A stretch of 64,000 nucleotides of DNA from a virus (lineage: Duplodnaviria > Caudoviricetes), in IMG/VR virus record IMGVR_UViG_3300035498_000356, positions 91,355-155,354 of that record, one strand, 5' to 3'. Below, one piece after another: positions 1 to 9,078 of the stretch. Within the stretch, counting starts at the first letter, position 1; each line of letters begins with the position of its first letter. The translations under genes and the position numbers were made by a program. The notes under the pieces are model-generated. The model did no database searches, was not told where the DNA came from, and saw only the letters and a program-made list of their open reading frames with translations.

Positions 1-735
1 TTAGCTAAACGTATTAGAAAAGGTGATATACAGGCTGCCAATAGATTAGTAGAAGCTAATTTAAGATTTGTAATTACAGTAGCTAAACAATATCAAAATA
101 AGGGAATTCCTCTTGTAGATCTTATTCAAATTGGAGCTATTGGATGTAGAGAAGCTGCAATGAGATGGGATGGAGAGAAAGGATATAAATTTATTTCATA
201 TGCCGTCTGGTGGATTAGGCAAGCTATTGTACATGCAATTTCTTATCAATGTAGAACTGTAAGACTTCCAACTAGTCAAATAGTTAGTGGAAATAAAATC
301 AATAAATATATTGAAGATTTTGAAAAAGAGAATCAAAGAGTTCCATCGTTAGAAGAAATTAGTGATAATACTAAACTTCCAATTGACAAAATTAATTCTA
401 TACTAACTAGTAGAACTGTATCACTTGATTCTCCATTTAAAGATGAAGATACTAACACTTTGCTTGATATACTTCCAAATGAAAATATTAAAGCTACTGA
501 TGAACATATAGAACATTCTGAAACATCAGATGAATTAGAATATGTATTATCACAATTATCTAATAGAGAAAGCGATGTTCTTAGAATGTCATTTGGTCTT
601 GGAATGAATCCTATGCAAAATGAGGAAATTGGAAGTAGATTAGGATTAGGAGAAGAAAGAGTGCGTCAAGTACAAAAAGAAGCTATAGAAAAAATTCAAG
701 ATAAATATAGTGATATTTTAAGAGAATTATTATGA
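1..735 (+). CDS. RpoD/sigma-70 family RNA polymerase sigma factor (5'-truncated by window edge)
   Basis: Frame 1 is open from base 1: LVEANLRFVITVAKQYQNKGIPLVDLIQ (region 2.1-2.2), KFISYAVWWIRQAI (2.3-2.4), RTVRLP, VSLDSP (region 3), and region-4 HTH EEIGSRLGLGEERVRQVQKEA; TGA stop. Confidence 0.93.
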   Translation, partial: LAKRIRKGDIQAANRLVEANLRFVITVAKQYQNKGIPLVDLIQIGAIGCREAAMRWDGEKGYKFISYAVWWIRQAIVHAISYQCRTVRLPTSQIVSGNKINKYIEDFEKENQRVPSLEEISDNTKLPIDKINSILTSRTVSLDSPFKDEDTNTLLDILPNENIKATDEHIEHSETSDELEYVLSQLSNRESDVLRMSFGLGMNPMQNEEIGSRLGLGEERVRQVQKEAIEKIQDKYSDILRELL

Positions 736-1208
736 TTGAAAGGAAAATACTTGTATTGCGTGGACTTCCAGCAAGTGGAAAAACTACATACGCAAGAAAA
801 TGGATTTCAGAAGATTCTGAACAGCGAATAAGATTTAATCGTGATGATATTAGAAATATGCTAGGAGAATATAAAGTTCCTAGTAAAGAAGATTTAATAA
901 CATCTATATATTATCATTTTCTAGATGAAGCAATGATTTCTGGATATGATATAGTATTAGATAATATGAATCTTAATAAAACATCATTAAGTGAATTAGA
1001 AACATTTGTTAAAAATACAAATTATGACTTTGATAGAACTCCAATTGGAATACATTATACTATAGAATATAAAGATTTCTTTAATGTTCCTATAGAAACA
1101 TGTATTGAACGAGATAAAGCTCGTGAAAAGCCAATAGGAGAAAATGTAATAAGAAGTATTTATAATAAATATAAAAATGATATAGCACCATGGAAGTATT
1201 TAAATTAA
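732..1208 (+). CDS. AAA_33 / polynucleotide kinase-like P-loop kinase
   Basis: Walker A GLPASGKTT, RFNRDDIR, DNMNL and CIERDKAR lid, as in the kinase domain of T4 PseT-like enzymes; no phosphatase domain. Confidence 0.8.
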   Translation: MIERKILVLRGLPASGKTTYARKWISEDSEQRIRFNRDDIRNMLGEYKVPSKEDLITSIYYHFLDEAMISGYDIVLDNMNLNKTSLSELETFVKNTNYDFDRTPIGIHYTIEYKDFFNVPIETCIERDKAREKPIGENVIRSIYNKYKNDIAPWKYLN

Positions 1209-1441
1209 TCCATGATGAAAAAGTAATTGTTTGGAGAAGAAATTATGTATCGGTAGAAGCCAATTCTAGAAAAGAAGCTATTCTAAAATTACTTGAATGT
1301 CCGAGTAACTATATAGATGATTCTGAATATTTGTTTGAAACTGAAACAGATATTCATCATTATGATAACATTGGTCCTAATGTAGAAGTTATGGATAACA
1401 ATGGTAAAACAATATATTCCGATGATATTGGAAGTATATGA
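1190..1441 (+). CDS. hypothetical protein (83 aa)
   Basis: Intact ORF overlapping both neighbours in the early operon. Confidence 0.65.
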   Translation: MEVFKLIHDEKVIVWRRNYVSVEANSRKEAILKLLECPSNYIDDSEYLFETETDIHHYDNIGPNVEVMDNNGKTIYSDDIGSI

Positions 1442-2567
1442 TCTTGAATGTCTTAGGAACGTATTCACTTATACTGGATACGTTCCTAAAGAAAATAAAT
1501 ATTATCAATTTGTTATATGTCCTTGGAGAAACGATTTAATAGATTTACAAAAACATCTTACTAGAGATAAGCTTGTTCAAGTAGGATATAATAATCTTAG
1601 CTATGATTATCCATTAATTCATCACATATTAAATCATTATAATGAGTATAAATATCAATCTGGATTGGAAATATCACAAGCTATCTATGCTAAATCTCAA
1701 GAAATTATTGATCAAGAATTTAGCATAATTTCCGATAAGAATTCATACATTCAACAGATTGATTTATATAGAATTCACCACTACAATAATAAAGCTAGAA
1801 TAGCTAGTTTAAAGGATATTGAGATAGCAATGAATCTTCCTGATGTAAGAGAAATGCCTATTCATCATACTACATGGTGTAAAGAAGGAGATGAAAAGGA
1901 AATACTATCTTATAATGCTTGGGATGTATATAGCACATATCAATTTTTATTAGTAACTTTAGGTAAGACTGATTTTCCTAATTATAAAGGTAGAAATAAA
2001 ATTGAATTGAGACAGAAGTTGCAATCAAAATTTAATATTCCATGTTTAAATTGGCCTGATGTAAAAATTGGAGAACAATTAATATTAAATTTATATTGTA
2101 GAAAAAATAATTGCAATATTCAAGATTTAAAAAGAAAAGGTGGAACAAAAAGAGATAAAATTTATTTAAAAGAATGCATTCCTAAATGGGCTAATTTTCA
2201 GACTAAAGAATTTAATGAAATAAAAGATAAATTTAGTAATGCTGTCATATCTAATATTAAAGGTGCATTTAAAGAAACTATTAATTTTCATGGAATCAAT
2301 ATTGATTATGGAACAGGTGGAGTCCATTCTAGCATCGAACCAGGAATATATTCTGCTGATGATGAATGGATAATATTAGATGAGGATGTTGGTTCACTAT
2401 ATCCTAGTATGGCTATTCAATTAGGAATTTATCCAGAACATTTAGGAAAAGAATTTTTAGATATATATAATAATGATATAGTTTCTGTTAGATTATCAGA
2501 AAAAAGAAAACCTAAACAAGATCGCGATTTAGTAATTATGGAGGGATATAAACTTGCCGCAAATGGT
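1422..2567 (+). CDS. family B DNA polymerase, exon 1 (3'-5' exonuclease, motif A, first half of motif B)
   Basis: ExoI YDLE, ExoII GYNNLSYDYP, ExoIII YNAWDV, motif A DEDVGSLYPS, motif B start KLAANG ending at 2567. ATG 1422 preferred over 1401. Confidence 0.9.
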
Positions 2568-2627
2568 ATTATAAATTTCATATTTAACATATTTTAACTA
2601 AATTAATATTAAATACGTCTTTATTTA

Positions 2628-2659
2628 TTTGCATTTACAATTAATTTTATGTATATTTG
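2628..2659 (+). promoter_or_regulatory. Bacteroidota-type primary-sigma promoter inside the intron, upstream of the endonuclease
   Basis: TTTG (2628-2631), 20 nt spacer, TATATTTG (2652-2659); matches the -33 TTTG / -7 TAnnTTTG consensus and lies 25 nt before ATG 2685. Confidence 0.65.
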
Positions 2660-2684
2660 CTTTATAACTAAAATATAAAATGAT

Positions 2685-3641
2685 ATGATTAAAATTAACT
2701 GTAACAAACACGATTTAGAAAATTGTACTGGAGTGTACATATTCAGAAACACAAAGAATGGTAAATGCTATATTGGAAGTACTGTAATGACATTTAAGAA
2801 AAGAATGGATCATCATTTATGGCATTTAAGAGAAAACAAACATAAAAATTCTCATTTCCAAAATGCATGGAATAAATATGGTGAAGATGTTTTTGAATAT
2901 GATATTTTAGAGATATGCGATAAATCGGAATGCTTAAATAGAGAACAATATTATTTAAATACTATATTATTTGCACAAGATTTTATAAATGGTAAGTCAA
3001 ATGAATTCATAAAATTAGGATATAATATAAATCCGTTAGCAACTGGAACTCCTAATTTAAGTAAAGAAACAATTGAAAAAAGAACTAAAACATTTAGTGT
3101 ATTTATAAAAGAAGCAAGTGCTTATTATAGTAAATTTAAAAATTTTGAAATTGATTTAGATGATATTCCTGAAAAATATATGGAAATGATTCAGAGTTGG
3201 ATAAATAATGTTCCTTGGAATAAAGGAAAACATTACGAATCAACTGATCATTTAAAAGTTCCAAAAACTATTACAGAAAAAACTATTAAAGCTAGAAAGG
3301 AAAATTCTATTAAAGCTAGAAATAAAGGAAAAAGAATTCTTGTATTTGATATAGATCATAATTATTTAGGCAAATGGAGAAGTCCTGCTGATTTACATGA
3401 ATGGTCTTTATCAGATAATAATAATTATCCTTTAATTTTATCAGGCAAAGCTAAGAGTAAAGAATTGTTAGCACAAAATTTAACAAAAGCTTGTAGAACT
3501 AAAAAACCATATAAAGGTTTATATTTTGAATATGAAGATGATGCCCGTCTTAGATGCAAATCTGAGAATGAAGAGGGTAAAATCGAAGAACCCTGGGATG
3601 GGGACATCGAGTTAACTTATTCAATTACGCAAGGTGAATAA
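2685..3641 (+). CDS. intron-encoded GIY-YIG homing endonuclease with NUMOD-type DNA-binding motifs
   Basis: GVYIFRNTKNGKCYIGS (GIY-YIG), conserved R and E (LNREQYYL) and GYN; PWNKGK (NUMOD3-like); C-terminal KACRTKKPYKGLYFEY (NUMOD1-like). Confidence 0.92.
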   Translation: MIKINCNKHDLENCTGVYIFRNTKNGKCYIGSTVMTFKKRMDHHLWHLRENKHKNSHFQNAWNKYGEDVFEYDILEICDKSECLNREQYYLNTILFAQDFINGKSNEFIKLGYNINPLATGTPNLSKETIEKRTKTFSVFIKEASAYYSKFKNFEIDLDDIPEKYMEMIQSWINNVPWNKGKHYESTDHLKVPKTITEKTIKARKENSIKARNKGKRILVFDIDHNYLGKWRSPADLHEWSLSDNNNYPLILSGKAKSKELLAQNLTKACRTKKPYKGLYFEYEDDARLRCKSENEEGKIEEPWDGDIELTYSITQGE

Positions 3642-3789
3642 GTAATGTAACGCGTAGCAATTGAATAAATATAATATTGCCAAGAGTATCCTCTAACCTA
3701 AATTTTAGGTTAAAAATGTACGCTGAACTTATACAAACAAAGAAGTATAAGAATATGAAGATAAAAAACTTCATAGATAACACAATTTG

Positions 3790-4581
3790 ATTTATGGCAA
3801 GTCAGGTGAGGAATCATCTATATTGTATGATCCACTATATACTATGAAAACAACAATTGGTGGACAAATGTTTATTAGTTTATGGACAGAAAAGTTAGTA
3901 AAAAGCATTCCTAGAATTAAATTTATACAACAAAACACGGATGGCTTGAGCTATTTGCTTCCTAGAGAGGATTTTAGCAAAGCAAAGGCAGTAGCAGAGG
4001 AGATGACACGTATAACTGGGTTGTATATTGAAGATACAATATATTCCAAAATGATTATCAGAGATGTCAACTCATATATTGCAGTATATGATGATAGTAC
4101 ACCAGAAAATGAACATCTCAAACTAAAAGGATGTTTTGAAATTGATAAAGAATTTCATAAAGATCCTTCAATGAAAATTGTAGCTATTGCACTAAAGGAA
4201 TATTTTGTAAATGGAATTCCTATTAGAGATACAATTTTAAATCATACAAATATATACGATTTCTGTTTAAGGCTAAAAACTAATGCTAAGTCTATTCCAA
4301 TATATACTTATGTAGATTTAGAAACTAAAGAAATATGTAACAAAACACTTGATAGAACTACTAGATATTACATATCAAATAAAGGTGGTTCTTTAAGTAA
4401 GAAGTTTAAAGAAAACGATAATGTAGTTGGTGTTAATATTGGATATTCAGCAACTATATTTAACAAGTATATAGAAAAGGATAATTTTAAAGATTATGAC
4501 ATTAATTATCAATTCTATATAAATGAAGCAATGAAAATTGTAAACACTATAGTTAAACCTTTAAGTTTATTTGACTTATGA
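3790..4581 (+). CDS. family B DNA polymerase, exon 2 (end of motif B, motif C, thumb)
   Basis: IYGKS, TIGGQ, motif C QQNTDG, RDVNSYIA, KLKGCFE; spliced product about 645 aa. Confidence 0.9.
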   Translation: MYGKSGEESSILYDPLYTMKTTIGGQMFISLWTEKLVKSIPRIKFIQQNTDGLSYLLPREDFSKAKAVAEEMTRITGLYIEDTIYSKMIIRDVNSYIAVYDDSTPENEHLKLKGCFEIDKEFHKDPSMKIVAIALKEYFVNGIPIRDTILNHTNIYDFCLRLKTNAKSIPIYTYVDLETKEICNKTLDRTTRYYISNKGGSLSKKFKENDNVVGVNIGYSATIFNKYIEKDNFKDYDINYQFYINEAMKIVNTIVKPLSLFDL

Positions 4582-5036
4582 GTAGTTATTTAACATTTTA
4601 TGGTATTCCAAAAGACAAACAAAAGTATGATAAGATGGGAAATGTAGAAAGTGTAATTGAAATGCCTAAAGTTCCACTTAGCATTTTCTCATTTTCAAGA
4701 AGTAGTGATTTGTATCAAGCTTTTTATGAAAATATTCATATTGCTTATTTAGGAGACAATGATCCAGAAAAAAGTTATACAGAGTTAACAACAGGTCTTG
4801 TTGAAACTGTGATAAGCGGTATTAAAGATGATATTGAAAAGGCATCTAAGAGACTTAATGAATACGAAAAACATGTATCTGATAATGCTGAGTTAATTGA
4901 AGATATAATTTCTATGAAAGAATATATTGATGATTTGAAAGACACTCTACATAGAACTTATATGATTTATTCTCTAGTAGAAGATACAACTTATTCCTGT
5001 TCCGGGTTTGAGAAAATACTTTGTAATATTGATTAA
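4578..5036 (+). CDS. hypothetical protein (152 aa)
   Basis: Intact ORF with ATGA overlap to the polymerase stop. Confidence 0.7.
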   Translation: MSSYLTFYGIPKDKQKYDKMGNVESVIEMPKVPLSIFSFSRSSDLYQAFYENIHIAYLGDNDPEKSYTELTTGLVETVISGIKDDIEKASKRLNEYEKHVSDNAELIEDIISMKEYIDDLKDTLHRTYMIYSLVEDTTYSCSGFEKILCNID

Positions 5037-5039
5037 AAA

Positions 5040-5282
5040 ATGAGCAAAATTGTAAATATAACAGTCAGTACTTCTTTAAGTACTGACTTTTATTTAGAAG
5101 TTCCTGATGATGCTTCAGAAGCTGATATAAAGAAATTAGCTGAAAATGAAGTAACTCTACCTCACTTATATCCTGAAGTTGTAGAAGAAGTATTACGTAC
5201 TAAAATGGGTATAAAAATGGATGGTCTTGATTCTATGTTGAAAGACTGGAATGTTGATGAAGTTGAATATATAATTAATTAA
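5040..5282 (+). CDS. hypothetical protein (80 aa)
   Basis: Intact ORF, 3 nt spacing from neighbours. Confidence 0.65.
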   Translation: MSKIVNITVSTSLSTDFYLEVPDDASEADIKKLAENEVTLPHLYPEVVEEVLRTKMGIKMDGLDSMLKDWNVDEVEYIIN

Positions 5283-5285
5283 TAA

Positions 5286-5483
5286 ATGGTTGCAGAACAA
5301 GTATATTGTGTTACAGTTAAGAATGGGCAATATAGTGAATTAAATATCTACGTAATTGCTAATTCTTACAAAGAAGTTCTTGATTTTATGGAACAAAATC
5401 ATAAGAATGATGAAATTCTTTGTATAAGAGAGTTTATTAAAGTTCAAAGAAATAGTTATAAAACAATAACAGTAGAGGTATGA
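5286..5483 (+). CDS. hypothetical protein (65 aa)
   Basis: Intact ORF with ATGA overlap to thyX. Confidence 0.6.
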   Translation: MVAEQVYCVTVKNGQYSELNIYVIANSYKEVLDFMEQNHKNDEILCIREFIKVQRNSYKTITVEV

Positions 5484-6421
5484 GACTAGTAAAACCTTCT
5501 GTTGAACTTTTACAACAAAGACCTGGAGAGCAAGGAATGTTTGATATGATAGAACTTGCTGGTAGAACTTGTTATAAAAGTGAAGATTATATTAAATATG
5601 ATGAAGAAGGAAATTCTTTAACAAGTAGACAATTCTTTGATAAAGTAGTTAATAGTTATCATCATAATTCTATTTCAGAACATGGAACTGTATATATTAC
5701 TGTAGATTCATGCACAGTAAAAATGATGTCCGACCCTAGAAATAAAAATTCTGAAGGAAAGGATATGTTTAATAATGTATGGAATGAATTATTACAAAGT
5801 GAATATGTTCATTATGAAATAGATGATGATATGAACTTTTGTTTTACTACTAATTATAGATATTTACTTGAACATGATTTAGCAAAAGAAGTAGAACCAT
5901 GGATTACAGAACCTTCTGAATTTCATGAGAAAAGATATTCTTTTAGAATTATATGTGACAGGGCAATAGCTAATGAATTAGTAAGACACAGGAAATTCAG
6001 TTTTAGTCAAGAATCTACAAGATATTGTAATTATAGTAAAGACAAATTTAATAATGAACTGACTTTTATAATCCCTTATTGGATGAATCTTTACTATGAC
6101 AATGTTTCTATAAATTCTGTAGGTAACAATGAAGTAATGATAAATGGAGTTGAACAAAAGCTCTATGATTTTGAAGATACTAGAACATTTGAAAGGCTAA
6201 TGGAATACTCGGATTGTGAAGATAAATATCTTTTACATATTCATAAAGGTGAAAAGCCAGAAGATGTAAGAGCCATTCTTCATTTAGGTATAAAAACTGA
6301 AATAGTTATGACAGGATTTAAATCTGATTGGGATGAATTCTTTAAAAAAAGATGCGGCTCTAAAGCTCATCCTGATATGCAAATAATAGCTAACAAAATT
6401 AAAGAACTTATTTATGGATGA
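5480..6421 (+). CDS. thyX: flavin-dependent thymidylate synthase
   Basis: AGRTCYKS, HNSISEH, signature ELVRHRKFSFSQESTRY, PEDVRAIL, RCGSKAHPDM. Confidence 0.93.
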   Translation: MRLVKPSVELLQQRPGEQGMFDMIELAGRTCYKSEDYIKYDEEGNSLTSRQFFDKVVNSYHHNSISEHGTVYITVDSCTVKMMSDPRNKNSEGKDMFNNVWNELLQSEYVHYEIDDDMNFCFTTNYRYLLEHDLAKEVEPWITEPSEFHEKRYSFRIICDRAIANELVRHRKFSFSQESTRYCNYSKDKFNNELTFIIPYWMNLYYDNVSINSVGNNEVMINGVEQKLYDFEDTRTFERLMEYSDCEDKYLLHIHKGEKPEDVRAILHLGIKTEIVMTGFKSDWDEFFKKRCGSKAHPDMQIIANKIKELIYG

Positions 6422-6554
6422 TATAAGAGTATATTGTAAAGAATGTGGTGAAATAATGGGAGTTGACTACACAAAAGGTAAATTCTATTGTGAGAATTGT
6501 GGACACAATGTGACCGAATTAGTTAAAAAGCACTATGGAAAGAAAAGAAGTTAA
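6414..6554 (+). CDS. small zinc-ribbon protein (46 aa), absent from ORF track
   Basis: MDDIRVYCKECGEIMGVDYTKGKFYCENCGHNVTELVKKHYGKKRS: two CxxCG knuckles; fills the gap between thyX and the next gene. Confidence 0.7.
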   Translation: MDDIRVYCKECGEIMGVDYTKGKFYCENCGHNVTELVKKHYGKKRS

Positions 6555-6756
6555 ACAAATATTCGAGGATTTAAAAACATATTGTCCGTATTGTAATTCA
6601 GATGATCAAATATGCATAACTGAATGGGCAAATACTGAAGGCTGGGATATAACAATTGGAAATAAATCATTTTCACTGCACAGAGACGAATTAACTGCAA
6701 TTGAAACATTAACAAGAATAATGGATTATCATTATGAATCTATCAAAGTTTATTAA
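6535..6756 (+). CDS. hypothetical protein (73 aa)
   Basis: Intact ORF; ICITEWANTEGWDITI. Confidence 0.65.
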   Translation: MERKEVKQIFEDLKTYCPYCNSDDQICITEWANTEGWDITIGNKSFSLHRDELTAIETLTRIMDYHYESIKVY

Positions 6757-7258
6757 TTTTCATTTTGAAAATCCATTAAGAACCTGGATGCAGGCTAGAA
6801 AATACTTTAAATTACCAAAACTTAGAATAAGGTTCTATAATAATAATAAACCTTGGCGAGGTAGTTTACTTAGTATTGAAAGCTATGATGTAGGTTGGAA
6901 ATCAAAATGGGGTTCCTCTAGATTTGAGGAATCCCCTAATATAAATATATGTCTATTTAATAAATTTAGAATTGAAATTTCATGGCATATGTATTATATA
7001 GATGAACTTGGAGATAAAGTAGAATGTGATGATGTATATTGGGAATATTTAATTGATTCTCTTGATTATAATTTTAGAACTCTTTTACATTATTCTGCTT
7101 GGCGTACAGATTCTAGACTATATCGTTATGCTTCTGGTAAAAATGAAGAAGGTAAAACTACTTATTCTCCATATCCATATGTAGTTCCATGTGTAACTAT
7201 AAGTCTAAATAAAAAAGGATTAAAAAAATTAAAAGAAGAATTAAATGAAAGAACTTAA
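6734..7258 (+). CDS. hypothetical protein (174 aa)
   Basis: Intact ORF overlapping neighbours; DVGWKSKWGSSRFEESP. Confidence 0.7.
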   Translation: MNLSKFINFHFENPLRTWMQARKYFKLPKLRIRFYNNNKPWRGSLLSIESYDVGWKSKWGSSRFEESPNINICLFNKFRIEISWHMYYIDELGDKVECDDVYWEYLIDSLDYNFRTLLHYSAWRTDSRLYRYASGKNEEGKTTYSPYPYVVPCVTISLNKKGLKKLKEELNERT

Positions 7259-7859
7259 TTTCAATACTTCCGAACAGAAAGTATTCTTTTGTTCTGATTT
7301 GCATTTCTCTCATAAAAATATAATTAAATTTTGTAAAAGACCTTGGGAAACTCCAGAAGAAATGAATAAAGCATTAATCGAAAATTGGAATAATACTGTA
7401 TCTAAAGATGATATAGTATTCTGCCTTGGAGATTTTGCTTATTCTCACTGGAAACAAATATTGCAACAATTAAATGGAACTATCTATTTAATATTAGGTA
7501 ATCATGATATTAGTAGGTATCCTGGAGATAATGTAATGAAATTGTTTGCAGGAGTATATCATCAATTACGAATAACTGTAAATGGAAGGAAATTATATCT
7601 TAATCATTTTCCACTATTATGTTTTGATGGTGTATATAGACCAAAGCAAGAAATGATATGGCAATTGTTTGGTCATGTACATACACTTAAAGAAGGAAAT
7701 ACTGGAAAAGATTTTGAAAGACTTAATTATTTACTTCCAATGCAATATGATGTCGGAATTGATTTTAATGATTATAAACCTATTTCTTTTGAAGAGGTAT
7801 CTGAAAAAATCAATTATCAAATTGAAAATAATGTAAATATAACTCATTGGATAAAATGA
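7245..7859 (+). CDS. calcineurin-like metallophosphoesterase
   Basis: All five metal-binding motifs: SDLHF, LGDF, GNHD, NHFP, GHVH. Confidence 0.92.
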   Translation: MKELNFNTSEQKVFFCSDLHFSHKNIIKFCKRPWETPEEMNKALIENWNNTVSKDDIVFCLGDFAYSHWKQILQQLNGTIYLILGNHDISRYPGDNVMKLFAGVYHQLRITVNGRKLYLNHFPLLCFDGVYRPKQEMIWQLFGHVHTLKEGNTGKDFERLNYLLPMQYDVGIDFNDYKPISFEEVSEKINYQIENNVNITHWIK

Positions 7860-8122
7860 AAGCTTATTTATTTGCAAGCGAAAACAATGATCAATTTGTA
7901 AGTTTAACTAAACCTATAAGAGATAAATCTCAAGCATTAGGTTGGATTGTTGATAGTGATTGTTTATTTATGATTGGTCCATGCGTTTCTTCTGGAATGT
8001 CGCTTAGCTTTGGAATTCTTAGTAAAGAATTACATAAAGAATTTAAAAAGCTTCCTAAGTTAAAATATTCAGATGATCCAATTGAAATTGAAATAATATC
8101 TAAAGTACATTATTATGGCTAA
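7856..8122 (+). CDS. hypothetical protein
   Basis: ATG 7856 forms an ATGA overlap with the upstream stop. Confidence 0.6.
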   Translation: MKAYLFASENNDQFVSLTKPIRDKSQALGWIVDSDCLFMIGPCVSSGMSLSFGILSKELHKEFKKLPKLKYSDDPIEIEIISKVHYYG

Positions 8123-8402
8123 TATTTGTGATAACGAAATGTATGTATATACAGAGAATAAAGAAAATGTAGAACATATTAATGAATTTCTAAAAGAACA
8201 TTTTAATAGCGAATGCACTAATATAGGAGATAATGAATATGAAGCGTTCTTTGATTCTAAATGGGATTTCCCTGAAGATTTGATGGATGAAATGGTTAAA
8301 GACATTTCCGATAAAGAACATATTTATATTCGTGTTTTATCTGTAGAATATGGATGCTTATATTGTGCTTTTCACACTTATGAAGGCGATGATTGGGAAT
8401 GA
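8115..8402 (+). CDS. hypothetical protein, weakly YubB/DUF1281 ferredoxin-like
   Basis: MANICDN start and FDSKWDFP motif resemble that family; the assignment is tentative. Confidence 0.55.
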   Translation: MANICDNEMYVYTENKENVEHINEFLKEHFNSECTNIGDNEYEAFFDSKWDFPEDLMDEMVKDISDKEHIYIRVLSVEYGCLYCAFHTYEGDDWE

Positions 8403-8590
8403 AACTTGAATTTAGTAATAAAGAAAATAAAGAAAGGATTGAGTTTATAAACAATCACAAAGAATGTCATAAACTGAATCCTTTCAATATTAAATATATT
8501 TGTCAAGAAACTGGAATAGGAACTACAATAACAATTAGATGTACTGTGTGTCATGAATCTAAGAATATAACAGACTGTGAATCATGGTAA
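8399..8590 (+). CDS. small Cys/His-rich hypothetical protein
   Basis: HKEC...TGIG...CTVCHESKNITD; ATGA overlap with the upstream gene. Confidence 0.65.
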   Translation: MKLEFSNKENKERIEFINNHKECHKLNPFNIKYICQETGIGTTITIRCTVCHESKNITDCESW

Positions 8591-9078
8591 AAGATTTAGA
8601 AAAACGCATAGAACATGCAAAAGAAATTAACAATCAAGTTGAATTAAAAGCTTTTAAAAATTTAAAAGATATAATTTTAAGCAATAGTAAAGAAGCAACT
8701 ACAGAAGATGAACAATACGAAATAGCTGTTGATTATGCACGAAAAATACAAATTCTTATTTTTCAGTTAAAAGAGGCTCATATAGACAATTGTGTTAAAG
8801 AATATACAGATGAATTAAATGTATTGAAAGAGTTCCTCAGAAGGCCTGTAAATGTTGAATTACTATATGATTCACTTCTTGATTGGTGTATTTCTGAAAA
8901 AATTTGTCCTATAAAAGTTGAATATGTTTTAATGCCAAATGGTGGAAAAACAGGTGTTAATATACACGGGATTCCAGAAAACTATTATTGGAAAGCAATT
9001 AAATATTTAAAGACTGAATTTCCTCTAATAGATGATAGATTAATTATGGATATTATTAAAGACTGTATAATAAAATGA
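8584..9078 (+). CDS. GatB/YqeY-like protein (divergent)
   Basis: N-terminal helical pattern (LEKRIEHAK...ELKAFKNLK...EDEQYEIA...QLKEA...KEYTDELNVLKEFL) parallels the YqeY consensus. Confidence 0.55.
   Translation: MVKDLEKRIEHAKEINNQVELKAFKNLKDIILSNSKEATTEDEQYEIAVDYARKIQILIFQLKEAHIDNCVKEYTDELNVLKEFLRRPVNVELLYDSLLDWCISEKICPIKVEYVLMPNGGKTGVNIHGIPENYYWKAIKYLKTEFPLIDDRLIMDIIKDCIIK

Larger units (their letters stand above)
2568..3789 (+). mobile_element. group I self-splicing intron (IA-like topology) in the DNA polymerase gene, carrying a homing endonuclease
   Basis: The 5' exon ends in U (2567) and the intron ends in G (3789); splicing restores KLAANG|IYGKS. Helices read by eye: P1 GGUAUUAU (2565-2572) / AUGAUGCC (3538-3545) with U.G at the splice site; P2 3548-3567 with GCAA loop; P3 GAGGGUA (3573-79) / UAUCCUC (3687-93); P6 about 3615-3643; P7 GCGUA (3652-56) / UACGC (3719-23); P8 3694-3712; P9 hairpins about 3728-3775. 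Confidence 0.9.

Noticed and set aside
2661-2676. 16-nt match TTTATAACTAAAATAT shared with minus strand 45197-45212, both near start codons
   Set aside because: The sequence is almost entirely A/T; such matches are expected by chance in this genome and fit generic AT-rich Bacteroidota translation initiation regions.
3425-3607. Minus-strand 60-aa ORF in the intron (also 8069-8305)
   Set aside because: Antisense to well-supported plus-strand genes, with no independent evidence.
2568-3789. Intein, or two separately translated polymerase subunits
   Set aside because: An in-frame TAA follows exon 1 (2595-2597), there are no intein terminal residues, and group I helices with U and G splice boundaries are present.
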